Below are positions 1-7,667 of a stretch of 64,000 nucleotides of DNA, in pieces; the first letter of the stretch is position 1, and each line of letters starts with the position of its first letter. The translations under genes and the position numbers were made by a program. Under the pieces are notes generated by a model. That model was given only the letters and a program-made list of their open reading frames with translations. It did no database searches and was not told where the DNA came from. Origin of the DNA: Eubacteriales bacterium (lineage in GTDB: Bacteria > Bacillota > Clostridia > Oscillospirales > Acutalibacteraceae); the NCBI GenBank assembly GCA_029225565.1, contig JAQXWS010000027.1, positions 7,585-71,584 of the forward strand, read 5' to 3'.

Positions 1-512
1 ACGCTTATCCTGACAGGAATATCGTTTTGGTTGCCGCAGATAAGCCCCCGGAGGACCCCGACAGCAACGCAGTTGCAAATTTTGGTATGGCTGTAGAGCA
101 TTTGCTGTCCGGTGGTCAGGGCGTGTATGTGTCCTATGACAGATTAATGCCGGCACTCTGTGTTACAAGCGCAGGTATTGACGACAAATTTTTGGCATTG
201 GATTCTACCTTGCCTCCGGTTAACAGTCGCAATATTATCGCCAAGAATGTGTTGATTGCGAATGCCTATGTCAATATGGATTGCTGTAATTACTGCCTTG
301 ATAATGTGGATGCTGTGCTGATTGGTATGTTTCACAGTGCCACGGTTCCACAAGGGGCAAAGGATTTGGCACACAGGGCCAAGAGTATGGGTATTCCTTG
401 CTGCTTTGTGACCCACAGGTTATCTGCGGATTACGCCACAGCAAGGGGTATTGACAATATCCTGACGGGCTGTACTATGGAAAACGCTTATGCAAGAATG
501 TTGCTGGATTAG
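1..512 (+). CDS. Asparaginase-domain protein, C-terminal part (5' truncated by window edge)
   Basis: Frame is open from the window start (AYPDRNIVLVAADKPPEDPDSNAVANF...). The 'DAVLIGMFHSAT' segment resembles the C-terminal half of clostridial asparaginase-like proteins. Confidence 0.55.
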   Translation, partial: AYPDRNIVLVAADKPPEDPDSNAVANFGMAVEHLLSGGQGVYVSYDRLMPALCVTSAGIDDKFLALDSTLPPVNSRNIIAKNVLIANAYVNMDCCNYCLDNVDAVLIGMFHSATVPQGAKDLAHRAKSMGIPCCFVTHRLSADYATARGIDNILTGCTMENAYARMLLD

Positions 513-533
513 AACATATTTATGGAGAATTTA

Positions 534-2462
534 ATGGATAAAAGTAGATTTTCGTACCCTGTTCCCCAAAAGAATATTCGTATTACAGACCGGTTTTGGA
601 GCGAGAGGCTGGAGGTGGTAAGGCGTAATGTCATACCCTATCAGTATCAAGCTCTCCACGATAATATTCCCGGCGCAGAAAAGAGCTACGCTATAGAGAA
701 TTTTAAAAAGGCTGTTGCCGTGTTGCGGGACAGAGCTTTGGGCAAATCCGTGCCTGTTTATCCCACCGACAAGTGGTATTACGGACAGGACGCACCTGAG
801 GGCGCTTTTCATGGTTGGGTGTTCCAGGATAGTGATGTGTACAAATGGCTGGAAGCTGTGGCATATTCCTTAATTAATCATTATGACCCCCAATTGTTTG
901 CCCAGGCAAGCGAGGTGATTGACCTTGTATGCTCTGCCCAGATGGATAACGGTTATCTGGATACTTTGTATATTATCAATGACCCATCCCAGGTGTTTAC
1001 CAATCTTCGCGATTTTCACGAGCTGTATTGTTTTGGACATTTGACCGAGGCCGCTGTTGCTTTTTTTGAGGCAACACAGGACCGCAGATTGCTGGATTCA
1101 GCTGTCAGATTTGCAGATTTATTATGCCGGGTGTTTGGAGATAACGGAAAAAAGGGATACCCCGGTCACGAGATAGCCGAGCTTGCTTTAGTCAAGCTAT
1201 ATGGCGTTACCGGAGCAAAAAAATATCTTGACCTGGCAGAGTTTTTTATTTGTCAGCGCGGAACAAAGCCCTACTACTATGATACCGAGCATAATACAAA
1301 AACTGACGGCGAGGGCTACCGTTACAACCAGGCACATTGTCAGCCCCGCCATCAGTATGAGGCTGTGGGACATGCTGTCAGAGGCGTTTATCTTTATTCC
1401 GGTATGGCGGATGTGGCAAGGCTGTGTGACGATGATGGTCTGTATTCTGCCTGCCGTCGTATTTGGGACAATATCTGTAACAGAAAACTATATATTACCG
1501 GAGGTATCGGCGCCACCGCAGACGGCGAGGCATTTTCTTACGACTATGATTTGCCAAATGACCTTGCATACAGTGAGACCTGCGCCTCCATTGGCCTTTC
1601 GATGTTTGCTTGCAGAATGGCTTGTATCAGCCCCGAGTCCAAGTATGGCGATGTTATGGAAAGGGCACTGTATAACACAATTCTGGCATCTATGAGCAGT
1701 GAGGGCACGGAATTCTTTTATGTTAATCCGTTGGAGGTTTTGCCCATCGCTTCTCACTGCGACAGCAGAAAAAGGCATGTAAAACCGGTACGCCAAAAAT
1801 GGTTTGGCTGTGCTTGCTGTCCTCCTAATTTGGCACGGTTTTTGACATCCTTGGGAACATATTGTTTTAGCTGCAGCGAGAATACTTTGTATATTCATCA
1901 GTATGTTGGCGCAGAGATAGATACGGATTTTGGCAATGTGAACATTGACTCAACTTATGCTTCCGATGGCAAAGTGTCCGTCACATTTTCTGCAAGCAGG
2001 CCATGTGAGTTAGCCTTGCGTATTCCCGGTTGGTGCAGAGATTTTTGCATTGATGTTCCATATACCGTTAGAGACGGCTATGCCTATGTTGCCGTAGATG
2101 GTGATATGACTATCAGCATGGATTTTGGTATCAGACCCAGATTGGTTGCCTGCTCCGGCAAGGTGCGTGCCAATGTAGGCAAGGCGGCAGTAGCATACGG
2201 ACCGATGATTTATTGTGCCGAGAGTGTGGATAACGGCGAGGATTTGCATTTGCTGTCCCTGGATGCAACTGCTGATTTGCGATACTGCGACGGTAGGATT
2301 ATCGCCAAGGGCTTTCGCACCGAGCCTCGGGAGGATTTGTATTATGACTATATTCCTTGCGACACTGTGCCGGTGGACATTACCATGATTCCGTATTACA
2401 CATGGGGCAATCGGGGCGAGAACGAAATGACAGTCTATATTTCTGTGGCAAAAAAACTTTAA
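534..2462 (+). CDS. Glycoside hydrolase family 127 (beta-L-arabinofuranosidase-like)
   Basis: Motifs FQDSDVYKWLEA, HELYCFGH, GHEIAELAL, VGHAVR, YSETCASIG and CACCPPN. GGAG SD lies 6 nt before ATG 534; the ORF track starts at 522. Confidence 0.9.
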   Translation: MDKSRFSYPVPQKNIRITDRFWSERLEVVRRNVIPYQYQALHDNIPGAEKSYAIENFKKAVAVLRDRALGKSVPVYPTDKWYYGQDAPEGAFHGWVFQDSDVYKWLEAVAYSLINHYDPQLFAQASEVIDLVCSAQMDNGYLDTLYIINDPSQVFTNLRDFHELYCFGHLTEAAVAFFEATQDRRLLDSAVRFADLLCRVFGDNGKKGYPGHEIAELALVKLYGVTGAKKYLDLAEFFICQRGTKPYYYDTEHNTKTDGEGYRYNQAHCQPRHQYEAVGHAVRGVYLYSGMADVARLCDDDGLYSACRRIWDNICNRKLYITGGIGATADGEAFSYDYDLPNDLAYSETCASIGLSMFACRMACISPESKYGDVMERALYNTILASMSSEGTEFFYVNPLEVLPIASHCDSRKRHVKPVRQKWFGCACCPPNLARFLTSLGTYCFSCSENTLYIHQYVGAEIDTDFGNVNIDSTYASDGKVSVTFSASRPCELALRIPGWCRDFCIDVPYTVRDGYAYVAVDGDMTISMDFGIRPRLVACSGKVRANVGKAAVAYGPMIYCAESVDNGEDLHLLSLDATADLRYCDGRIIAKGFRTEPREDLYYDYIPCDTVPVDITMIPYYTWGNRGENEMTVYISVAKKL

Positions 2463-2480
2463 AATTTTTCAAAAAATGTG

Positions 2481-2509
2481 TTGACACCTATCTAACAATC
2501 TGTTATTAT
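2481..2509 (+). promoter_or_regulatory. Sigma-A promoter of tRNA-Asn
   Basis: TTGACA (2481-2486), 17-nt spacer, TGn-TATTAT (2504-2509). Confidence 0.8.
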
Positions 2510-2537
2510 ATATAAGCACTTGATATGAGTGACACAT

Positions 2538-2613
2538 TCCTCTTTAGCTCAGTCGGTAGAGCACTCGGCTGTTAACCGAGTTGTCGTTGGTTCAAGTCCA
2601 ACAAGGGGAGCCA
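2538..2613 (+). tRNA. tRNA-Asn (GTT)
   Basis: 76 nt. Acceptor TCCTCTT/AAGGGGA, D arm TAGCTCAGTCGGTAGAGC, anticodon arm CTCGG-CTGTTAA-CCGAG, T loop GGTTCAAGTCC, encoded CCA. Confidence 0.97.
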
Positions 2614-2619
2614 AAAAAT

Positions 2620-2651
2620 AAAGCATCTGCAATAGCAGGTGCTTTATTTTT
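2620..2651 (+). terminator. Intrinsic terminator of tRNA-Asn
   Basis: AAAGCATCTGC-aata-GCAGGTGCTTT followed by a T-rich tract. Confidence 0.75.
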
Positions 2652-2653
2652 AT

Positions 2654-2857
2654 CCAATCCGAAGGATTGGTATGTAATCACGCTTCAGCGTGTATGTAAT
2701 CGCCGAAGGCGTATGGCATCACCTTAGCGTATGCAATCCTTCGTATTGATTACATTCATAATTTCATTATGATTACATACGCAATTAAAGTTGCGATTAC
2801 ATTCCGTCTGAAGACGGATTACATACAAGGCTTTGCCTTGATTGGCTTCGCTTGATT
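2654..2857. repeat. Composite branched palindrome: 4 forward and 4 reverse 8-nt linkers separated by variable hairpins
   Basis: Forward linkers at 2671, 2693, 2712 and 2730; reverse linkers at 2749, 2772, 2796 and 2818; hairpins sit between them (see findings). Confidence 0.9.
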
Positions 2858-2880
2858 TGAATTTTTGTTTCTGTTATACT
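2852..2880 (+). promoter_or_regulatory. Sigma-A promoter of the four-helix-bundle gene
   Basis: TTGATT (2852-2857), 17-nt spacer, TGn-TATACT (2875-2880), then GAGGTG SD and ATG 2899. Confidence 0.65.
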
Positions 2881-2898
2881 GTTTCAAGAGGTGAGAAT

Positions 2899-3255
2899 AT
2901 GAAAGAAAACCCTTTGATGAAATATTCGGAACAGTTGGCGGTTGAAATTGAGAAGATGTGCAAGTCTTTAGATAATAAAAAAGACAATGCGAATACAATT
3001 TTGCAAATTCGTAAATCTTCATCAAGTGTATTTGCTAACATTTCAGAAGCACAATATCCTCAAAGTTTACCTGATATGCTTTCTAAATTCAAAATTGCAA
3101 GAAAAGAATGTGTAGAAACTGAAGGTTGGTTAAAGCTATTACATTCTTCTGATGTAATTGATGAAGAAACTTTTAAAAAATACAGAAATATTTGTGGGAG
3201 AATACAAAGAATTTTGACTTCTTCCTGCATAACAATTGAAAGAAAAATCAAATAA
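2899..3255 (+). CDS. Four-helix-bundle protein (23S rRNA IVS protein / TIGR02436-like, Avd-related fold)
   Basis: 118 aa with QIRKSSSSVFANISEA...S..D...KFKIARKECVETEGWL, matching the family pattern Q..RS..S...NI.E...F..KL.IA..E..ET..WL. AT-rich relative to its neighbours. Confidence 0.88.
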   Translation: MKENPLMKYSEQLAVEIEKMCKSLDNKKDNANTILQIRKSSSSVFANISEAQYPQSLPDMLSKFKIARKECVETEGWLKLLHSSDVIDEETFKKYRNICGRIQRILTSSCITIERKIK

Positions 3256-3294
3256 TATGTAGTTTGATTTTCGTTACATAAACACATATTGGAT

Positions 3295-3340
3295 AAATCC
3301 GAACTTCACGTTTTTAGGCGATGGGTTCGGATTTTCTTTT
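3295..3340 (+). terminator. Terminator-like hairpin after the four-helix-bundle gene
   Basis: AAATCCGAAC (3295-3304) pairs with GTTCGGATTT (3325-3334), followed by a T tract. Confidence 0.55.
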
Positions 3341-3494
3341 TTACAAAATCAATATGTGCAATTACTTAACCTTAACATTCATTTTTTGATGCCTAATATT
3401 TATATTTGTGCTATAATGATATAAGAAAATCTTTGACAGAAAACTTAGGGAATATATTCTTTTACTGCTCTATAATGTGAGTGAGGTGAACGGA

Positions 3495-4790
3495 ATGGAT
3501 ATTTTGGAAGAACTGAACCGGGTTTCTATGTATATCGAGGAGCATATAACCGAGGATATAAGCATAGACGAGCTTGCAAAAATCACTTTGCAAAGCAGTG
3601 ACAGCTTTTCAAGATTATTTGGCTATATGGCAGGTATGACAATCAACGAATATATCAGGCGCCGCAAGCTGTCCCTTGCTGTTGACGATTTGCAAGACAG
3701 CGACAGCAAAATTATCGACATTGCTATGAAATACGGTTGGAACAGCTCGGATGCTTTCGCAAAGGCCTTTGTGAATCAGCACGGGATAACACCGACAAAT
3801 GCAAGAAAGAAAATTGGCTCTGTCAAAATATATCCGCCTGTTGCCTTTGATTTGAATATTAGAGGAGCAAAGGAAATGAATTTTAAGATTGTCGATGTAA
3901 GCAGCTTTGATGTGTTGGGATTGTCAAAGCGTTTTGACTGCCAAGCAGGTAATCGATTTAAGCAGGAGAATATTATGTGGTCGGTTGATGCCGAACATTA
4001 TCCCGAAAAAATATGCAATGGATATGACGGCGTTTGGTATGGAATTTTTGACAACGGCTCTTATTCTATTGCAAGGAATCAACAGGATGTTGATTCTCAT
4101 AATCTTGAGAGAATCACCGTACCTGCCGGCAAATACGCTGTGTTCACAACACAAAAGGGCGGCTACGCAGGAACAGAATTGCCCCGCCTGCACGAATTGA
4201 TTTTTAATTCATGGCTGCCCGAAACAAATTATAAAATAAAGAGTGAGTATATCGTTGAAGTTTATCATTTGGCAACGAATAAAGCAGAACGCAGAAAAAA
4301 CAGGTATTACGAAATGTGGATACCTATCGACGACAGCGAGACCGAGATTATTGATAAGCAAAAGCTGATTATTCGTACAGCAAATGCTGACGATGCGGAT
4401 GATATTTGCAGAATTTGCTGTGACGATTTGGGTTATAATTGCACAAGTGCTTTGATAGAACAACGACTGACAGAGCGAGACCTTGGCAGGGAACAGGTGT
4501 TTGTTGCAGAATATGATAACAGTGTGGTGGGCTTTGTTCATGTCGAAGATTATAAAACTCTGTATTTTGAGGAACTGGCAAATCTGCTTGGCTTAACTGT
4601 TTCAAAAAAATACAGACGGCAGGGCATTGCAACTGCGTTGATAAAGCAAGCCGAGTATTGGGCAAAGGAAAAGGGGATAAATATGATTAGACTGAACTCC
4701 GGCTCTGCAAGAAAGGAAGCCCATAGGTTCTATCGAAGCCTCGGCTTCGACAACGAAAAAGAGCAAATCAGATTTATGAAAAAGCTATAA
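3495..4790 (+). CDS. AraC-family regulator with GyrI-like effector domain fused to a C-terminal GNAT acetyltransferase
   Basis: N-terminal AraC HTH (YIRRRKLSLA, IAMKYGW.S.DAF.KAF), middle GyrI-like region (VPAGKYAVF), C-terminal GNAT (VSKKYRRQGIATALI, AHRFYRSLGF). GAGGTG SD before ATG 3495. Confidence 0.85.
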   Translation: MDILEELNRVSMYIEEHITEDISIDELAKITLQSSDSFSRLFGYMAGMTINEYIRRRKLSLAVDDLQDSDSKIIDIAMKYGWNSSDAFAKAFVNQHGITPTNARKKIGSVKIYPPVAFDLNIRGAKEMNFKIVDVSSFDVLGLSKRFDCQAGNRFKQENIMWSVDAEHYPEKICNGYDGVWYGIFDNGSYSIARNQQDVDSHNLERITVPAGKYAVFTTQKGGYAGTELPRLHELIFNSWLPETNYKIKSEYIVEVYHLATNKAERRKNRYYEMWIPIDDSETEIIDKQKLIIRTANADDADDICRICCDDLGYNCTSALIEQRLTERDLGREQVFVAEYDNSVVGFVHVEDYKTLYFEELANLLGLTVSKKYRRQGIATALIKQAEYWAKEKGINMIRLNSGSARKEAHRFYRSLGFDNEKEQIRFMKKL

Positions 4791-4799
4791 AAACCAATC

Positions 4800-4829
4800 A
4801 GCGCCTGCCATCCTCCAGGCGCTATTTTT
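4800..4829 (+). terminator. Intrinsic terminator
   Basis: AGCGCCTG/CAGGCGCT stem plus T tract. Confidence 0.65.
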
Positions 4830-4921
4830 ATTATAATTGTGGTCGCTTTTTGGCGAAAGTTATTTGACATTTGGTGCTTTATAGAATATTATTACATTGT
4901 ACTACTGCTATGGGAGGGTGT

Positions 4922-6100
4922 ATGATGACAAGGGAAAAAGAATATTTTATACACCTTTTGGCCGGGTTTTTGAACGGAGAGGCGTCGAAGCCCATGGCGG
5001 TGGATTGGACAAAAATATTTGAGTTAGCCGACAAACACAGTGTGCAAGCCATTGTGTCCCAGCAAATCAAATCCCTGCCGGCAGAAGCTGCCCCACAGGG
5101 CAAGTTAAAGTCCATGTTCAATCAGCAAATAGGCAGAACTATCCAAGCCTACGACAAAAGGTTGGAGGCTATTGCTGTTTTGGAAAGCTTTTTTTGTGAC
5201 AGCAAAACTGATTATATGTTCGTCAAGGGCGCCTGTATCAGCCGATACTATCCTGTGCCGGAGTACAGAACCGGCGGAGATATAGATGTTATAGTACGGG
5301 ATATTGACTTTGGCAGCGTTGTCCGGCTGTTACGCAATCATTGGCAGGTGAAGGATAACAGCAATGTGGCTGTGCTGACAGTTAATGATGTTGAGGTGGA
5401 GGTTCATTCTGCCTGCAGTATCCGGGGGCAGTATTTTGATGATATATTTGCCCTTGCAGAACAAATCGAAGAGCACAAGTACCAACTGGGTATGTACCAT
5501 CAGCTGTTGTATGTACTGCGTCACATCGGCAAGCACCTGAGCCATAGCGGAGCAGGTGTGAGAATGTTGATGGATGTTGATGTGCTGGTTAGAGCAATTC
5601 CTGATTTTGATAATCAGGTGTTTACCGATATGTGTATGCACGCTGATTGCCAAAAGATATGGAACACAGTCAGCTCCTTGGTGCACCTTTGGTTTGCAAC
5701 GCCTGTGGATTGGGACAGGCAGGTGGTGACAGACTCTGTTTTGATGAGCAAGCTTGAGCGCGTGTTTTTGGACGGAGGGGTGTTCGGCTTAAGCCAATTT
5801 GACCTGGGGGATTATTACATCACCAAGTCCCTTGGTACCGGGCAGCAGGTGACAGCCGGCACAAGAGCGAGAGCAGTGTTGAGGTTTATTTTTCCCGACA
5901 CGGCGGTCCTGTGCAATCAATTCGGTTATGCCAAAAAGCACAAATTCTTGCTGCCGGTAGCTTTTTGCCACAGGTTGTTTCTGGGCGTGTTTGCCCGTTT
6001 CGGACATTCAAAGAATACACTCAATGCCATACTCCGCAACGACAGCGACATTTCGGTGGTACACAGAGATTTGTTGCAGGAGCTGGGTATTACCGAATAG
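4922..6100 (+). CDS. Uncharacterised nucleotidyltransferase family protein (NTP_transf_5-like)
   Basis: FVKGA..SRYYPVPEYRTGGDIDVIV, VEVH, H..KH....G.GVRMLMD. GGAGGG SD before ATG 4922; TTGACA-17-TATTAT promoter at 4864-4892. Confidence 0.8.
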   Translation: MMTREKEYFIHLLAGFLNGEASKPMAVDWTKIFELADKHSVQAIVSQQIKSLPAEAAPQGKLKSMFNQQIGRTIQAYDKRLEAIAVLESFFCDSKTDYMFVKGACISRYYPVPEYRTGGDIDVIVRDIDFGSVVRLLRNHWQVKDNSNVAVLTVNDVEVEVHSACSIRGQYFDDIFALAEQIEEHKYQLGMYHQLLYVLRHIGKHLSHSGAGVRMLMDVDVLVRAIPDFDNQVFTDMCMHADCQKIWNTVSSLVHLWFATPVDWDRQVVTDSVLMSKLERVFLDGGVFGLSQFDLGDYYITKSLGTGQQVTAGTRARAVLRFIFPDTAVLCNQFGYAKKHKFLLPVAFCHRLFLGVFARFGHSKNTLNAILRNDSDISVVHRDLLQELGITE

Positions 6101-6114
6101 ATAGGATAAATATA

Positions 6115-6152
6115 AAAAATGCGACAGAGGAAGTAGCCTCCATCGCATTTTT
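6115..6152. terminator. Bidirectional terminator between convergent genes
   Basis: AAAAATGCGA...TCGCATTTTT with an inner GAGG/CCTC stem. Confidence 0.65.
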
Positions 6153-7109
6153 CTATTTTTCAAAGGGATATACAAGATTCATTTGCCGGCGGCATTCGTC
6201 CATAATCTCCATGCACGCCCGAGTAGAGCTGAAGGGAATGTATGACGATTCCTTTTTGCCCTGTCTGATTTCGTCGGCTACCCGATTGAATTCTGTAAGA
6301 TAGTCGGTTTTGCCCCGGAAAACCCGTTTGCCGTTGTCATTGGTTAAAGTTGCTTTGCCAGCAACATGGAACAGCGGCAGAACGATTTTGCCCCTTGTAC
6401 CGACTATGGTGCATTGCTCCTTTAGGGCGGCCAGGGACATTTTTAGCGTGCATTTTGCATTGCCGTAGTGCAGTACAACTGTTTCGCTGACATCAATACC
6501 GTTTTTTATTACTCCGTCACACTCTATTTTGTCCGGTGTGCCGAACAGATTGTAGCAGTAGGTTATGGGGTATATGCCTATGTCCAGTAATGCCCCACCC
6601 GCTGTTTCGGGGGTCAGAACACGGGAACTCTTGCTCATCATAAGACCCGGAAAAGCGTAGTCAATATCTACTGATACAGGGTCGCCGATTTCGCCGTCGG
6701 CAATCCACTTTTTTACTGTCAGCGCTACATCGCTGAACCATGTCCACATAGCCTCGGCAAAATAAACATTATGTTTTTTTGCATATTCTATCATTGTATC
6801 TACCTGGGCAGTGGTAACGCCTACGGGCTTTTCGCACAGGACGGGCTTGCCCAGCTCCATAGCTCGCAGGGCATATTCCATGTGGCTGGTATGCGGCGTA
6901 GCAATGTACACACCGTCCACATTATCTGCCAGTACGGCGCTGTCATAGTCGGTATATACCTGCGCGTTATGCTTTTTTGCAAAGGCACAGGCTTTGCTGT
7001 AAGTTCTGCCATATACCGCCGTGATTTGGTGGTCGCCTTTGAGTATGCTCCTTGCTGTGGATACGGCTATATTACCGTTACCTACATATAGCCATTTGAA
7101 TTTGCCCAT
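6153..7109 (-). CDS. Gfo/Idh/MocA family oxidoreductase
   Basis: VYIATPHTSH, GKPVLCEKP, EAMWT and GGALLDIGIY motifs. Confidence 0.92.
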   Translation of the reverse strand: MGKFKWLYVGNGNIAVSTARSILKGDHQITAVYGRTYSKACAFAKKHNAQVYTDYDSAVLADNVDGVYIATPHTSHMEYALRAMELGKPVLCEKPVGVTTAQVDTMIEYAKKHNVYFAEAMWTWFSDVALTVKKWIADGEIGDPVSVDIDYAFPGLMMSKSSRVLTPETAGGALLDIGIYPITYCYNLFGTPDKIECDGVIKNGIDVSETVVLHYGNAKCTLKMSLAALKEQCTIVGTRGKIVLPLFHVAGKATLTNDNGKRVFRGKTDYLTEFNRVADEIRQGKKESSYIPFSSTRACMEIMDECRRQMNLVYPFEK

Positions 7110-7218
7110 ATTATCACCTCATTACTTATGCCTTGATTATACCACAAATTATTTGCCGGTCAATACTGTTGCCCCGGCATCTTTATTGTGCTATATTATT
7201 GTTTGTGAGGTGTTGTAT

Positions 7219-7533
7219 ATGAAAAAAGTAAAAATTACGGTTGCCCGTATTACCACCTATCCGGACCTGATAGCAAAGTACGAAAATCCTATATCCCATG
7301 CCTGCTCTATGCAGGAGGGGGATGTGTTCGTTGCCAACGGTTGGCAAAAGCCGTCGGGTTTCTGTGACAGCGCTTGGGAAAGTATATCTCCCTTTGTTAT
7401 GACTCTCGCTCACGGCGGCGGTGATTTTTATGACGGGTGGATGCGCAATCCTTATTCTGCTATGATTTCCTGCAACGACGGCTTCAGACCTGTAAGCTTT
7501 TATCTTGAGACGCTTGATGAGGACGCAGAATAA
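7219..7533 (+). CDS. TIGR04076 family protein
   Basis: MKKVKITV...FCDSAWESI...MISCNDGFRPVSF pattern; GAGGTG SD before ATG 7219. Confidence 0.8.
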   Translation: MKKVKITVARITTYPDLIAKYENPISHACSMQEGDVFVANGWQKPSGFCDSAWESISPFVMTLAHGGGDFYDGWMRNPYSAMISCNDGFRPVSFYLETLDEDAE

Positions 7534-7596
7534 TACGGTGTAGTACGGTATTGATTTTTTGTTGCATTTTCGGCAGTAATGTATTATAATCTTTTT

Positions 7597-7657
7597 GTCA
7601 GTTCGCAAAATCCTGACCAGTCACATGCCCGTGGCTTCTAAAAACAAAACTAAGGAG
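7597..7657 (+). ncRNA. preQ1 class I riboswitch, translational type, with an extra hairpin in L3
   Basis: P1 GTCA/TGAC encloses loop GTTCGCAAAATCC; the tail AAAAACAAAACTAAGGAG overlaps the SD. It lies right after a TTGCAT-17-TATAAT promoter (7562-7590) and before a QueT gene. Confidence 0.75.
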
Positions 7658-7667
7658 AAAATTGAAA

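Noticed and set aside
534-2462. GH127 as part of a polysaccharide-utilisation cluster
   Set aside because: No transporter, regulator or second glycosidase is adjacent within the window, and upstream context is cut off.
2654-2857. CRISPR array or mini-array interpretation
   Set aside because: Repeats are only 8-10 nt, invert at the midpoint and are separated by self-complementary 10-17-nt spacers. No cas gene is in the window.
2899-3255. Diversity-generating retroelement (Avd-like gene)
   Set aside because: No reverse transcriptase and no TR/VR pair differing at adenines is visible in the window.
2538-6100. Integrated island at tRNA-Asn with an attR duplication
   Set aside because: By eye I found no second copy of the tRNA 3' end and no integrase. 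An exact-match search would be needed to exclude a short att core.
7021-7218. N-terminal extensions in the ORF track (also 2842, 4871, 8101, 9296, 12132, 13257, 28969, 48577, 57944 and 59985)
   Set aside because: They overlap neighbouring genes or promoters. Downstream starts, most with an SD, match where family similarity begins.
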